Shown in pieces: positions 32,518-44,368 of a stretch of DNA of 64,000 nucleotides; the stretch's first letter is position 1, and each line of letters opens with the position of its first letter. Below the pieces are notes generated by a model. It did no database searches. It saw only the letters and a list, made by a program, of their open reading frames with translations, and was not told the origin of the DNA. Where the stretch lies: assembly GCA_963745035.1 (NCBI GenBank), contig CAVUVW010000020.1, forward strand, positions 1 to 64,000, written 5' to 3'. The translations under genes were made by a program, and so were the position numbers. The DNA comes from an uncultured delta proteobacterium. GTDB taxonomy: Bacteria > Desulfobacterota > Binatia > UBA9968.

Positions 32518-32551
32518 CCTTGCCGTAATATTTCCGTAACCTTTCTTGACA
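32512..32551 (+). promoter_or_regulatory. Triple Pho box next to a -35 element, upstream of DUF47-pit
   Basis: TTGTAAC, CCGTAAT and CCGTAAC at 32512, 32523 and 32534, then TTGACA at 32546. Confidence 0.75.
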
Positions 32552-32604
32552 ACCGCTTTCCCCGCCTGCTAACTAAAAGCTTTTATCCGGGAAGAGGCGG
32601 CTTC

Positions 32605-33219
32605 ATGTTTAACTTTGCTCCGCACAAAGAGAAATTCTTCGACTTGTTCAAGGAATCGGCGCAGAACGCGCTGGCCGGCGCCCGGGCGCTCAAGGACATG
32701 TTCGATCGCTACGAACATCCGCAGGAGTCCTGGAAGGTGCTCAAAGATCTCGAGCACGAGGGCGACCGGATCACCCACCGCACCATCCGCAGCCTGAATC
32801 AGACTTTCTTGACCCCCATCGACGCCGAAGATATCCACGCGCTGACCACCGCCCTCGATAACGTGATGGACGCCATTGAGGCCGCCGCCGCGCGCATGGT
32901 GCTCTTTCGCATCGAAACTCCGACCCCGGAGGCGAGAGAGCTGTGCGACACCATCGTGACCTCGACCGAACAACTGGTCAAAGCCGTGTCGCATATGCCG
33001 CGCCTGGACGACATCGACGAATACTGCATCGAAATCAACCGCCTCGAAAACACCGCCGATGACATCTACCGCAAGGCCATCGGCAGCCTGTTCGAAAACG
33101 GCACCTCGCCGATGGACGTGATCAAGTGGCTCGATATCTACGAAATTCTCGAATCGGCCACCGACCGGTGCGAGGACGTCGCCAATACCCTCGAAACCAT
33201 CGGCTTGAAAAATTCCTGA
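32605..33219 (+). CDS. DUF47 family Pit accessory (PhoU-like) protein
   Basis: LEHEGDRI, TFLTPIDAEDI, LESATDRCEDVAN. Confidence 0.92.
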   Translation: MFNFAPHKEKFFDLFKESAQNALAGARALKDMFDRYEHPQESWKVLKDLEHEGDRITHRTIRSLNQTFLTPIDAEDIHALTTALDNVMDAIEAAAARMVLFRIETPTPEARELCDTIVTSTEQLVKAVSHMPRLDDIDEYCIEINRLENTADDIYRKAIGSLFENGTSPMDVIKWLDIYEILESATDRCEDVANTLETIGLKNS

Positions 33220-33238
33220 ACCCTTCCTTCCCTTCTCC

Positions 33239-34237
33239 ATGTTCGAAGCCAATCTTCTCCTCTACGGCGTTCTTGCGCTGATCCTCGCCGCCGAATTCGT
33301 CAACGGCTGGACCGACTCGCCGAACGCCATCGCCACCGTGGTCTCGACCCGTGTCCTGTCGCCTTACCAGGCCTTGATCATGGCAACCGTGCTCAACGCC
33401 GTCGGCGCCATGTCGGGCACCGCCGTCGCCGCCACCATCGGCAAAGACATCGTGCGGCCCGAGGTGATCAATCTTACGACCGTCGCGGCGGCGATGATCG
33501 GCATCATTTTTTGGAGCACCTTGGCCTGGTATTGGGGTTTGCCGACGAGCGAGAGCCACGCTTTGATCGCGGGTCTCACCGGCGCCGGCCTGGCGACCGC
33601 CGGGCCGGAGAGTCTGCTCTGGACCGGTTGGAGCAAGGTGCTGATCGGCCTGGCGTTTTCGACTTTCTTGGGCTTCTTCGGCGGCTTATTGTTGATGGCG
33701 CTGCTTTACCGGATGCTGGCCAACAGCCGCCCCGGCACGGTGCGCCGCATCTTCGGCCGGCTCCAGATCGTCTCCGCCGGCTTCATGGCGTTCAGCCACG
33801 GCTCCAACGACGGCCAGAAGTTTATCGGCGTATTCACTCTGTCGCTTCTGCTCGGCGGAATTTTACCGAGCTTCCAGGTGCCGCTCTGGGTGATCCTGTT
33901 GTGCGCCGTGACCATGGGCCTGGGCACCGCGGTCGGCGGTTGGCGCATCGTCAAGACCATGGGCCTGCGACTCACCAAGCTCGAGCCGGTGCACGGCTTC
34001 GCCGCGGAGACCGCCGCAGCGCTCACCATCGAGCTCGCCACCCGCCTGGGCATTCCCTTGAGCACCACGCATACGATCAATACCGCCATCGTCGGCGTCG
34101 GCACCACCAGAAGATTTTCCGCCGTACGCTGGGGCGTCACCTTCGAGATCGTCACCGCCTGGATCCTCACCTTCCCCGTGTGCGGGGTCATCGGTTGGGG
34201 AGCGACGAAAATTCTTTTGCTGCTGAGCGGCGGTTAA
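33239..34237 (+). CDS. pit: Inorganic phosphate transporter (PiT family)
   Basis: NGWTDSPNAIAT, PTSESHAL, HGSNDGQK, PLSTTH. Confidence 0.93.
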   Translation: MFEANLLLYGVLALILAAEFVNGWTDSPNAIATVVSTRVLSPYQALIMATVLNAVGAMSGTAVAATIGKDIVRPEVINLTTVAAAMIGIIFWSTLAWYWGLPTSESHALIAGLTGAGLATAGPESLLWTGWSKVLIGLAFSTFLGFFGGLLLMALLYRMLANSRPGTVRRIFGRLQIVSAGFMAFSHGSNDGQKFIGVFTLSLLLGGILPSFQVPLWVILLCAVTMGLGTAVGGWRIVKTMGLRLTKLEPVHGFAAETAAALTIELATRLGIPLSTTHTINTAIVGVGTTRRFSAVRWGVTFEIVTAWILTFPVCGVIGWGATKILLLLSGG

Positions 34238-34278
34238 AATAACGTAACGGCGGGAAAAGGCGGCGCGGCGAAGGTTAG

Positions 34279-34424
34279 CAGGGTGTTGAAAACCCTGATT
34301 TTCAGGCTGTTCAAAAAGGTCTAGCGGCGCGGCGCGAGAAATCGACGAGCGGAGGCGTATTTACTGATACGTTGGAGCGAAGCGATCGAGGCAACGAAGC
34401 AGGTGGGCCTTTTTCAACAGCCTG
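34279..34424. mobile_element. 146-bp MITE-like element with a TTAG target-site duplication
   Basis: Terminal IRs CAGGGTGTTGAAAA / TTTTCAACAGCCTG (1 mismatch); TTAG at 34275-34278 and 34425-34428. Confidence 0.75.
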
Positions 34425-35045
34425 TTAGATCTCGCGCCGCCCCTCGAGCGCTTTCCCGAGAGTCACCGCGTCGGTGTATTCGAGATCGCCGCCCATCGGC
34501 AGGCCGCGCGCGATCCGGGTCACCGACACTCCCAAGGGTTTGATCACTTTCGAAAGATAGAGCGCGGTGGCTTCGCCTTCCATGGTCGGATTGGTCGCGA
34601 CGATCACTTCTTTGACCGCGCCGTCGCGCAGGCGCTCGAGCAGCTCGTTGATGCGCAGTGCGTCGGGGCCCACGCCGTCGAGCGGCGAAATCGTGCCGTG
34701 CAGCACGTGATACAAGCCGCGATACTCCCGCGACTTTTCCACCGCGATCAGATCGGCGGGTTCCTCGACCACGCAGATCTTGTCCCCCTCCCGCTCAACG
34801 CTGCGGCAGATGCCGCAGAGCATGCCGTCCTGATTTTCTACCGTGACTTCGCTGAAGCCGAAACAGCAGCGGCACAGCCCCATTTCCTGGCGCAATTTGC
34901 CGATGCTGTCGGCCAGCCGGAGCAGGTCGTCCTTGTCGCCCTTCAGCATGTGAAAGGCCAGACGCGCGGCGGACTTTTCTCCGATTCCCGGTAATCTTGA
35001 AAGTTCCTGGACCAGCCGGGCGAGGGGGGCGGGATAGAGGGTCAT
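34425..35045 (-). CDS. recR: Recombination mediator
   Basis: LPGIGEKSAARLA, C4 zinc finger, TOPRIM ATNPTMEGEATA. Confidence 0.96.
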   Translation of the reverse strand: MTLYPAPLARLVQELSRLPGIGEKSAARLAFHMLKGDKDDLLRLADSIGKLRQEMGLCRCCFGFSEVTVENQDGMLCGICRSVEREGDKICVVEEPADLIAVEKSREYRGLYHVLHGTISPLDGVGPDALRINELLERLRDGAVKEVIVATNPTMEGEATALYLSKVIKPLGVSVTRIARGLPMGGDLEYTDAVTLGKALEGRREI

Positions 35046-35365
35046 GGCATAAATCCGGGGATCTTCAATCCTCCGGTGAGCTTGCTCATCTCGCCCGACG
35101 CCAGCTCGCGCGCCTTGCGCACGCCGTCGTTCACTGCCGCCCGGACAAGATCTTCTAACATTTCCTTTTCCGTCGCGTTGATCACAGACGGCTCGATCTG
35201 CACGGCGGTGAGATTAAATTGACCGTTGATCGTGACCTGCACCATGCCGCCACCGGCGGAGCCTTGCACGGTTTTATTGGCCAGCTCCTCCTGAACCTTG
35301 GCCATCCGCGATTGCATCTCCTGCGCCTGCCTCAGCAGGTCGCCCATCGCGCCTATGCTCGCCAT
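35042..35365 (-). CDS. ybaB: YbaB/EbfC nucleoid-associated protein
   Basis: QAQEMQ, GSAGGGMV, EMLEDLV; dnaX-ybaB-recR synteny. Confidence 0.95.
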   Translation of the reverse strand: MASIGAMGDLLRQAQEMQSRMAKVQEELANKTVQGSAGGGMVQVTINGQFNLTAVQIEPSVINATEKEMLEDLVRAAVNDGVRKARELASGEMSKLTGGLKIPGFMP

Positions 35366-35407
35366 CGTAATTCCTCCTTTGAAACTGAAATCGCCCGCCC
35401 GTGGCTT

Positions 35408-37054
35408 TTAATCCCGCCGCACGTTGCGCACCGAGCCGCCGAAAATGCGCAGCGCTTCGTTGACCATGGGGCTTCGGTCCTCGGCGGGAGCCGGCGCGGC
35501 GGTGGGCTCGCGAGAGTCAGCGGCGTCGGCTGCCAGATTGACGATCTGCACGTTGACCTCCTGAGCGAAGAATTTTTTCGCCTCCTCTCTCAGCGAAGCA
35601 AGATTATCGCCGTCGAGCAAGAAGGCCAGGTGATGGCGCTCGCCGACGCCGATGCGCAGCCGCCCAGGAGGCAGCTCCAGGGGCTGCGCGCTGTCAAGAT
35701 GCAACGCAAGGAGTTTCTTTTCTCTTCCGAGCGCGGCGACAAATCCGTGCCACGCGTCGGCACCGTGCGCGGGCGGCGGCGCTTCGACCGCCGCCGCGGC
35801 GCGCGGCGTCGGCGCGGCTTTTTCTTTGACCGGCGCGCCTACCCCTTCGCCGCGCGATGGAGACGGATAACCCTCGAGGCGCTCCAGCCGCTCGATCAGT
35901 TGGCTCACCGGCAAGCTCTGCGGCAGCGCGGCCAAACGAACCAAGACGCTTTCAAGCGCGAAACGCGGCGTAGGCGAGCGGCTGATCTCCTCGTCGCCGG
36001 CGGCCATAAAATCGAAGTAATCGAGCATAGTCTCGATCGATACCGGCCGCGATTGCGCGGCAAGATCGGCGATCTCCTGGTCCGGCAAGTCCAACAGCCG
36101 TGCCGTCGAACCGCTGCTCGGTTCCGCGCCGCGCGCGCCATCGCCGCCCGCCAAGCGCGCGACCAATAAGTTTCTGAAGTGCTCGACGAGGTCGCGCGCG
36201 AGGCGATTCACGTCGCGACCGCCATGGACCACTTCGGCGACGAGCTCAAGGCAGCGATGGGCGTTGCCCGCCAGCACGGCGGCGGAGATCTCGTAGAGCA
36301 CGCGCCGCCCGGCAAGACCGAGAACCTCCTGCAGCAAGGCTTCATCGACTTTTCCCGCGCCCGGCGCGGCCATCGCCAGCACCTGCTCCAGCAACGACTG
36401 AGCGTCGCGCATGCTGCCGTCCGCCTCGCGCGCCAGCAAGATCAGCGCGCCTTCGGAAAGCTCGAGCCCTTCGCTTTTGGCGATCGCGCCCAGCCGCCGC
36501 ACGATCTCGCGGAGCTGGATGCGGCGAAAATCGTAGCGCTGGCAGCGCGAAAGAATGGTCGCCGGCAAACGATGCGGCTCGGTGGTCGCGAGAATGAACT
36601 TCACCGACGGCGGCGGCTCCTCCAGGGTTTTCAACAGTGCGTTGAAGGCGTCTTTGGTGACCTGATGGACTTCGTCGATGATGTAGATCTTGAACCGGCT
36701 GTTGGCCGGATGGTAGCGCACATTGTCGATGATCTGGCGAATCTCGTCGATACCGCGATTGGACGCGCCGTCGATTTCGAGCACGTCCACCGAGCTCCCT
36801 TGAGCGATTTCCCGGCAGTGGCTGCACTCATTGCAAGGAGACGCCGTGGGACCCCCGTCACAATTGAGCGCCTTGGCGAGAATCCGCGCGGCGGTGGTCT
36901 TGCCGACACCGCGCACTCCGGTAAACAGATAGGCGTGGGCGATCCGGCCGGCGCCGATGGCATTTTCCAAAGTAGCGGTAATGTGCTCTTGCCCGGCGAC
37001 GTCGGCAAATTTTTGCGGACGCCATTTCCGCGCGATGACCAGATAATCGGACAT
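35408..37054 (-). CDS. dnaX: DNA polymerase III gamma/tau subunit
   Basis: ARKWRPQ, GVRGVGKTT, EIDGASN, IIDEVH, SRCQR. Confidence 0.96.
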   Translation of the reverse strand: MSDYLVIARKWRPQKFADVAGQEHITATLENAIGAGRIAHAYLFTGVRGVGKTTAARILAKALNCDGGPTASPCNECSHCREIAQGSSVDVLEIDGASNRGIDEIRQIIDNVRYHPANSRFKIYIIDEVHQVTKDAFNALLKTLEEPPPSVKFILATTEPHRLPATILSRCQRYDFRRIQLREIVRRLGAIAKSEGLELSEGALILLAREADGSMRDAQSLLEQVLAMAAPGAGKVDEALLQEVLGLAGRRVLYEISAAVLAGNAHRCLELVAEVVHGGRDVNRLARDLVEHFRNLLVARLAGGDGARGAEPSSGSTARLLDLPDQEIADLAAQSRPVSIETMLDYFDFMAAGDEEISRSPTPRFALESVLVRLAALPQSLPVSQLIERLERLEGYPSPSRGEGVGAPVKEKAAPTPRAAAAVEAPPPAHGADAWHGFVAALGREKKLLALHLDSAQPLELPPGRLRIGVGERHHLAFLLDGDNLASLREEAKKFFAQEVNVQIVNLAADAADSREPTAAPAPAEDRSPMVNEALRIFGGSVRNVRRD

Positions 37055-37145
37055 AAATTTATCGTAGGCTGGAAGAACCGCGGGATCGAGCAAAATATCG
37101 CTTTGCCGGCGCGCGCGGCTACTGTTCCGGGGTGTCCATTGCTGA

Positions 37146-37245
<100 letters not shown>

Positions 37246-37305
37246 AGCAATCGACATCCCATTCATAGAAGCCGGCGGCGCGAACTGTTTTCCGCCGCGC
37301 TCAAG

Positions 37306-37397
<92 letters not shown>

Positions 37398-37692
37398 CGC
37401 TAGAAAAATCAAGACACTTGCGGACTCTACCAATCCTTCACGGCGGGCAATGTCTCCAAAATGTCTCCACGCGAGATTTTTGCGCCGTTTTAGCTGCCGA
37501 TTCGCGGACTTCAACAAGCTATCACAGGAAATTTTCAGGGGCAAAGACTAAACGGAAAATTGATCGAGCGATGCACGATTGAGAATCGTGCTGCCGTTTC
37601 CAAGTATGCCGAAGAACGAAAGTTTTTGCAGATGTCTCCACAATGTCTCCACGTAGTGAGCGCACGTTGAACGGGCTTGGGATCGAGACAGC

Positions 37693-38168
37693 ATGAACGA
37701 GAACGGCAATTCCCGAGGGACAAAGCCACCGCCAGTGCCCGAACACGGCGAACGGCGAGCCTTGAAGCATGGGCTTACCACGATGAAGAAAGCGCTTTCC
37801 GTACTCGGTAACAGGGCGTTAGACGGTAGATTCAAGGTCAGCAAGGAATTGGCGAAATGGCGCCGTGATTTGATCGAAGACTTGGGCGGTGAGGAAAACA
37901 TCAGCGTGCAGCAACGGACGTTCGCCGACCTATGCGTCAAAAACAAGCTGCTGCTCGACTCGATTGACAGTTGGCTCTTAACGCAGAAATCGCTGGTAGT
38001 CGCTAGGAGAAAAACCCTGCTCCCGGCTGTCCTGCAAAGACAACACTAGCCGATGGACTCGCCAAGTATCTCAACATGCTCGGCCTTGAGCGCCGGCAGA
38101 AAGTAAAAACCATCACCGACCTGCTCAACGGCCAAGACGTGGAGCCGGAGGCCGAGACCCGCCAATGA
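37693..38168 (+). CDS. Phage/satellite-type hypothetical protein, possibly small-terminase-like (indel near 38045)
   Basis: LKHGL..LDGR..DLGG..SVQQR..LGLERR; function is inferred. Confidence 0.55.
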
Positions 38169-38611
38169 GCGCGTTAACGGAGAAAACGCATCCTGGGCAG
38201 ATTGGGACGGGAGCTGTATGGAACGGTTACATGTGGCAAAACGGAGAGCTTTTCCAAGTAGATAGTTCCGCTCCGGCACCTCACGTACACCGCCTGGCAG
38301 GTTGCACACACAAGCGCACTTTCAAGCGCTCTTTTCCGGAGAAATATGAGTGCTCCTTGGGTGTGGCTGGAAAGTCGAGAATATTCCGATCTTTCAAGCG
38401 GCCTTTGGATTCCGTCTTTACAATTGCTCGGGCATCTACTTTTCATATCGGCCTTCAGTTTTTGTACGCTCGTACTTTCTCCGCAATCGCGGGGGCAATC
38501 CTTTCTCATAAAGCCGGTGACGAATCAAGCCCACGTTGGAGCACACACGAATGGACAGCGTTAACGGCTAGCACGCTGAAACTGAGCATTGACCCATGCC
38601 GAGCCCGCAGA

Positions 38612-38827
38612 ATGCGCCACGACTGCGTTAACGCAGTTAAATGGACACTCTCAGCCGTGCGGTAATCCGTTCTGTTCAGTGCTCGTCAACATCAAGTCAC
38701 CGCGCGGCAAGCATGGGCGGTATTGCTCCGACCACTGCCGGATGACGGCTACGCTTTGAAGCGGGCCAAGGCGCTACTCAACCGCGTGGGCATCATCCGC
38801 TTTCACGAGCTGTTGGACAGGCTATGA
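38612..38827 (+). pseudogene. Small Cys-rich mobile-element ORF (CGNPFC..RYCSDHCR..NRVGIIRFH), with indels
   Basis: Homologous copies at 55706-55870 and 57024-57080. Confidence 0.55.
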
Positions 38828-39031
38828 GACGCTTGAGTCACACTGACACAGGCCTTCGCGGTGCAGGCACAGGCATTCGAACCAAGGAACACCTGGCGCA
38901 TGGAGCTGTTTCTCCACTACTTCAAAACCCTTGCAAACTCCGCTGGCGCGAGAGTACAAGAAGCCACATCCCATGCCGGTTCAATGAACCCGTGAGTTAT
39001 CGTCAATTGACTTAGTCAAACGAGATTCCGC

Positions 39032-42000
39032 ATGAAGTGTCCTCGCTGCCAGCATGAAAACCCTGTCGGTATGAAGTTCTGCGGCGAGTGCGGGGCGCGT
39101 CTCGAGACGGCGTGCTCTGCTTGCGGAGCTGTGAATCCTCCCGGAAACAAATTCTGCGGCCGGTGCGGCGCCGCGCTTGTCCAAGCAATCGCGCCGACGA
39201 AATTCGCATCGCCTGACGCCTATACTCCCAAGCATCTCGCCGAAAAGATTCTCACTTCTAAAAGTGCGCTCGAAGGCGAGCGCAAGCAAGTTACAGTGCT
39301 GTTTGCCGACATGAAGGGCTCCATGGAGCTGCTCGCCGACCGCGACCCTGAAGAGGCGCGCAAATTTCTCGATCCGGTCATCGAGCACATGATGGAGGCG
39401 GTGCACCGATTCGAAGGTACGGTGAACAAGGTGATGGGTGACGGGATAATGGCTTTGTTCGGAGCGCCGTTGGCGCATGAGGATCATGCCGTGCGCGCCT
39501 GCTATGCGGCGCTAAGAATGCAGGAGTCGGTGCGGCGGCATGCGGCGGAAGTCAGACGAACCGAGGGCGTTTCGATTCATATTCGTATCGGTTTGAACTC
39601 CGGCGCGGTGGTGATGCGCTCGATTGGCAACGATCTCCAGATGGACTATTCCGCGATCGGCCAAACGGTTCATCTTGCTTCGCGGCTAGAACAGATGGCG
39701 ACACCGGGAACGACCATGCTAGCGGCGGACAGCCTGCGTTTGGCCGAAGGCTACGTTCAGGTAAAGCCGATCGGTCCGGTGCATGTGAAGGGAATGGCGG
39801 AACCCGTCGAAGCGTATGAGCTCGCCGGCGCGGGGGCGGCGCGGACACGCTTACAAGCGGCGGCCACGCGCGGCCTCACACGTTTTGTCGGGCGCGATGC
39901 CGAGATCGAAACCCTGCGTCAAGCTCTGGAACATTCTCGAGCCGGCCACGGCCAAGTGGTCGCCGTCGTCGGCGAGGCCGGCGTGGGAAAGTCTCGGCTG
40001 TTCTATGAGTTCACGCATTCGCATCGGGCCGTCGACTGGCTGATCGTTGAAAGCGGGTCAGTTTCATACGGCAAGGCCACTCCCTACCTGCCGCTGATCG
40101 ACCTACTCAAGGCGTACTTCAAAATCCAAGATCGCGACAATCAGCGCGAAATCCGCGAAAAAGTTACCGGCAAACTGCTCACGCTCGATGAGACGCTCAA
40201 GTCCACGTTGCCAGCGTTATTGAGCTTGCTCGACGTCGCGGTCGATGACGACGCTTGGCAAGGACTCGACCCCGCCGAGCGTCGCCGGCGCACGCTTGAA
40301 GCGATCAAACGCATTCTCCTTAGAGAAAGTCAGGTGCAGCCGTTGCTAATGGTCTTCGAAGACCTGCACTGGATCGACTCGGAGACCCAGGCGTTTCTCG
40401 ATAACTTGATTGAGAGCGTGCCGACCGCTCGGTTTCTTCTGTTAGTGAACTATCGGCCTGAGTACCAGCATGGTTGGGGTAGCAAGACTTACTACTCGCA
40501 AATTCGCATCGACCCGCTGCCGCCCGCGAGCGCCATGGAAGTGCTGGCCGCCCTGCTCGGCAGACGACCGCGCACTTTTGCCGCTTAAAGATACTTTTGA
40601 TTGCGCGCACCGAAGGAACTCCTTTCTTTCTGAAAGAGAGCGTGCGGACGCTGGTCGAGATGAACGTTCTTGGCGGCGAGCGGGGCAATTATCGGCTTGC
40701 CAAGCCCATCGAGAGCATCCAAGTTCCCGTCTCAGTGCAGGCCGTGCTCGCCGCCCGCATTGACCGGCTCACGCTCGAAGCGAAGCAGTTGCTTCAGTGC
40801 GCTTCGGTCATCGGCAAGGATTTTCCGTTTGCGTTGCTCCAGGCCGTCGCCGAACTTCCGGAGGAAGATCTCAGACGGGAGCTGGCGCACCTTCAAGCGG
40901 CGGAATTTATTTACGAGACGCGCCTGTTTCCCGACCTCGAATACACTTTCAAGCACGCGCTTACGCATGAGGTTGCTTATGGAAGGTTTCTCCAGGATCG
41001 CCGGCGGACACTGCATGCGCAGATCGTAGAGGCGATTGAGAAGCTGTATCCAGACCGCCTGATCGAACAGGTTGAGCGGCTTGCGCAGCACGCTGCCGTG
41101 GCCGGGCTTTGGGAAAAGGCCGCGGAACTATCTTCATCAGGCCGGCAAAAAAGCCGCAAGCCGTTCTGCGAGTCAGGAAGCTATAAGCGTACTTCGAGCA
41201 GGGGTTCGAGGTTCTCAAGAATTTCCTAAGGTCACGAGGCGATTGAGAAAGAGATCGACATCCGCGTCGATCTGGGTCCTATATTGATTGCCATTAAGGG
41301 GGTTTGTTGCGGCTGAGGTCGAAGAAAACTACTCACGCGCGCGCGATCTGTGTGAGCGGTTGGGAGGTGATCGCCTCAACTGTTTCCCGTGCTGTGGGGA
41401 TTGGCGAGGATGCACGATGTTCGCGGGGAGCTGAAGGTGGGAAGAGGATTTAGGTGAGCGGTTACTCGACGCTAGCAGAGCGAGCACAAGAACCCGCGTT
41501 ACTGCTTGGAGGCGCACCACAGAACTTTGGGCCAATTTGTTGGCGTTGGGTGAATTGACTTCTGCTTGAATTGCACATGGAGCAAGGATTTAGGCTTTAC
41601 GATTCACAGAAGTACAAACACCATGCTTTTCGTTACGGCGGCCATGACCCTGGAGTTTGCTCGGCATACCATGCGGCGGAAGTCTTGTGGCTTTTGGGCT
41701 ATCCGGATCACGCTCTTCGGCGAAGCCGGGAATCTTTGGCCCTGGCTCGCGGACTAGCTCACCCATCTACTTTAGCTATCGCTATGTTCTTTGCTGCTTC
41801 GTTCCATCAGCTCGTGGTGAGAAGGAAGACGGTTGGGCCCAGGCGGAAGAATGCATGACGATTGCGAACTGAACATGGATTTCCCCGTTGGCGGCGCGGC
41901 TGGTTAAATTTCTTCAGGGATGGTTTCTCGGTGAAACAGGGTCAAAGTGGCGCCGGTATAATCGCAGATGGCTGAAATGTTTTGGCATAAGAGGACGTTC

Positions 42001-42428
42001 TCCGTTAGGGAATGGCGATGGTTTACCGCGATTGCGCCGCCTCACTGGCAGATGCTCATAAAAAGATCGGGCAGACCGTCGAAGGGCTCAAGTGTGGTGA
42101 CCGAAGAATTGGTCACGGTAAAAAGCACTGAATGTCGTTGCTACGAAGCTGAACTGCATCGAATTAAAGGGGAATTGCTGTTGACACAGACTGCCACGGA
42201 CGAGAACCAGGCCGAAGCATGCTTCCGAGACGCGTTGGAAGTTGCGCGCGGCAAAGCGCCAAGTCGTTGGAACTGCGCGCAGCGATGAGCCTGGGCCGGC
42301 TATGGCAGAGACAGGAAAAAAAGGCCGAAGCGCAAGAATTACTCGCTGAGGTTTATGGCTGGTTCACCGAAGGGTTCGACACCGCCGATTTGCGAGAGGC
42401 AAAGGTGTTACTCGATGAGTTGGCATAA
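39032..42428 (+). CDS. Double zinc ribbon + class III nucleotide cyclase + AAA ATPase + TPR-like protein (many indels in the 3' half)
   Basis: CPRC..FCGEC, GERKQVTVLFAD, GDGIMALFGAP, GEAGVGKSRL, FEDLHW, FKHALTHEVAY, WFTEGFDT. Confidence 0.88.
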
Positions 42429-42481
42429 CCAATTGCGGGTGCGGCAAAACAACAACGTAAGACTTTTCAAAGGAGGTACTT

Positions 42482-43222
42482 ATGGCTTTATCTAAACGGC
42501 TGACAGCGGAGTTTCTTGGAACCTTGTGGTTAGTGCTCGGAGGGTGCGGAAGCGCGGTCTTAGCGGCTGCTTTCCCGAACCTTGGAATTGGCCTCCACGG
42601 AGTCTCAGTTGCCTTCGGTCTGACTGTCCTAACGATGGCATACGCCGTCGGCCACATCTCCGGTTGCCATCTCAACCCGGCCGTTTCCTTCGGCTTGTGG
42701 GCAGGTAAGCGCTTCTCCAGCGCCGACTTGATTCCATACATCATAGCGCAAGTCCTCGGCGCGATTGCCGGCGCGTTTGTAATCTATCTCATCGCCACGG
42801 GTAAACCCGGCTTCGATGTCGTTCAAAGCGGATTTGCTGCCAACGGCTATGAAGCCCATTCTCCGGGTGGGTATTCCCTCTTTGCCGCGCTCGTTTGCGA
42901 GATTGTAATGACGTATATGTTTTTGATTATTATCCTGGGTGCCACTCACGGGCGAGCGCCGGTGGGGTTTGCGGGGATTGCCATTGGTCTTGCGTTGACT
43001 CTCATCCATTTGATCAGCATTCCTGTCACCAACACCTCGGTTAATCCGGCCAGGAGTACGGGCCCGGCAATTTTCGTCGGTGGCTGGGCGCTATCTCAGC
43101 TTTGGCTCTTCTGGGTGGCACCGATTATCGGCGCTCTCCTCGCAGGGTGGACATACCTTTGGCTCAGTGAAGAGGAGCCATCAAAGAGAGTTCCAGTTGA
43201 AGGAGATCCACCACGGGGCTAA
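42482..43222 (+). CDS. aqpZ: Aquaporin Z
   Basis: [19 protein letters not shown]. Confidence 0.95.
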   Translation: MALSKRLTAEFLGTLWLVLGGCGSAVLAAAFPNLGIGLHGVSVAFGLTVLTMAYAVGHISGCHLNPAVSFGLWAGKRFSSADLIPYIIAQVLGAIAGAFVIYLIATGKPGFDVVQSGFAANGYEAHSPGGYSLFAALVCEIVMTYMFLIIILGATHGRAPVGFAGIAIGLALTLIHLISIPVTNTSVNPARSTGPAIFVGGWALSQLWLFWVAPIIGALLAGWTYLWLSEEEPSKRVPVEGDPPRG

Positions 43223-43329
43223 GAGACCTGCTAAATCGAGATGACGGATCACGTCGAAGAAAACTTGATGTGATCGTTTCAAATGTCTCAGGAAGTTCGG
43301 TAGTGTGAGTTCCGCCGTGACTGCAAATA

Positions 43330-43600
43330 CGTGTGGTAATTGAACGCCGGCACAGCCGTTCCCTTGATTCGAGCCATCATAAAAGCAATGCCCACTCCGC
43401 CGAAAAAAATAGTCTCCCACACGGTTTGAGGCATCCTTTGCGAGTCTGTTACTGGCTGACGGCGTTCCGGTGGCGGAGGTCTCTGCTCTACTTGGCCACA
43501 AAGATGCGTACGTAACGTGGAAGGTGTACACGCATTTCGCGAAAAAAGAGAGCACCGCGAGTCAGGAGTTGGAGTTGAACGTCTCCAGCGATGTCTCCAT
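43330..43600 (+). pseudogene. Tyrosine integrase C-terminal remnant
   Basis: PHGLRH..ASLLLADGVPVAEVSALLGHKDAYVTWKVYTH. Confidence 0.8.
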
Positions 43601-44368
43601 CGCGTCAGATTGTGTGAGCTTATGTGAGATGGGCGGAAGCGAAAAAGGCTTGATTTGTTAGCTTATTGAAACGAGACAAGCCTAAAAAAGACGTAGCCCC
43701 AGAATTTCCAGTCGTGCACCTTCAACCGCTCGGTCACCTCTCCCGCTCCGGCAATCTTTTGGACTATCGCCCGTGGTTTTGAACCTAACATGCGGCGAGT
43801 GATTTTCTACAAATTGAACCCGAAATCCGAAGCTGTCTGTGATTTGTCCGAGCGGAACGCGATCGCTGATGATCCACGAAAATCGTTGCCAGGTGGCGCC
43901 GGTTGCCGGCTGCGCGCGAACTTGTAGCCGCACACCGGGACTTCACGTTCACGACTCCTGGATCGTGCCCCACGTGTGCCGAGCCAAGCCGCGACCGTGA
44001 AATCCGTGTTGAAACGAAGAATCGCAATGCCGAAGAACTGTCCAAACCGAGGGAATTCTTCCCGCGCGTGTAATTGTTTTTTACGCTTTCGGATAAAAGC
44101 CCGCAGCCTTCACCCGATCTCAATAAAGCGCTGATTAATCGGCGCATTTCGTGGAGCAAACTGGAGCGCACTCTCCTTACCCGATTCTTTTGTCAATAAA
44201 CTTTACGGATGCGGAGCCGGGATGACCAGCATTTCCCTCGTAACTCCATAATTAAGCGGTGATTACATTTCGTGGCACTTTGATTGCTGCGTTTGTCCAC
44301 CGAAGCTTTCTCGGTAAACTCTTTTGTAAACCGCAGATTGTTCAAACTACATCGCAAAGCGAGTTTAC

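Noticed and set aside
37450-37652. TGTCTCCA repeats as a CRISPR array
   Set aside because: Only 9-bp pairs with no spacer structure and no cas genes.
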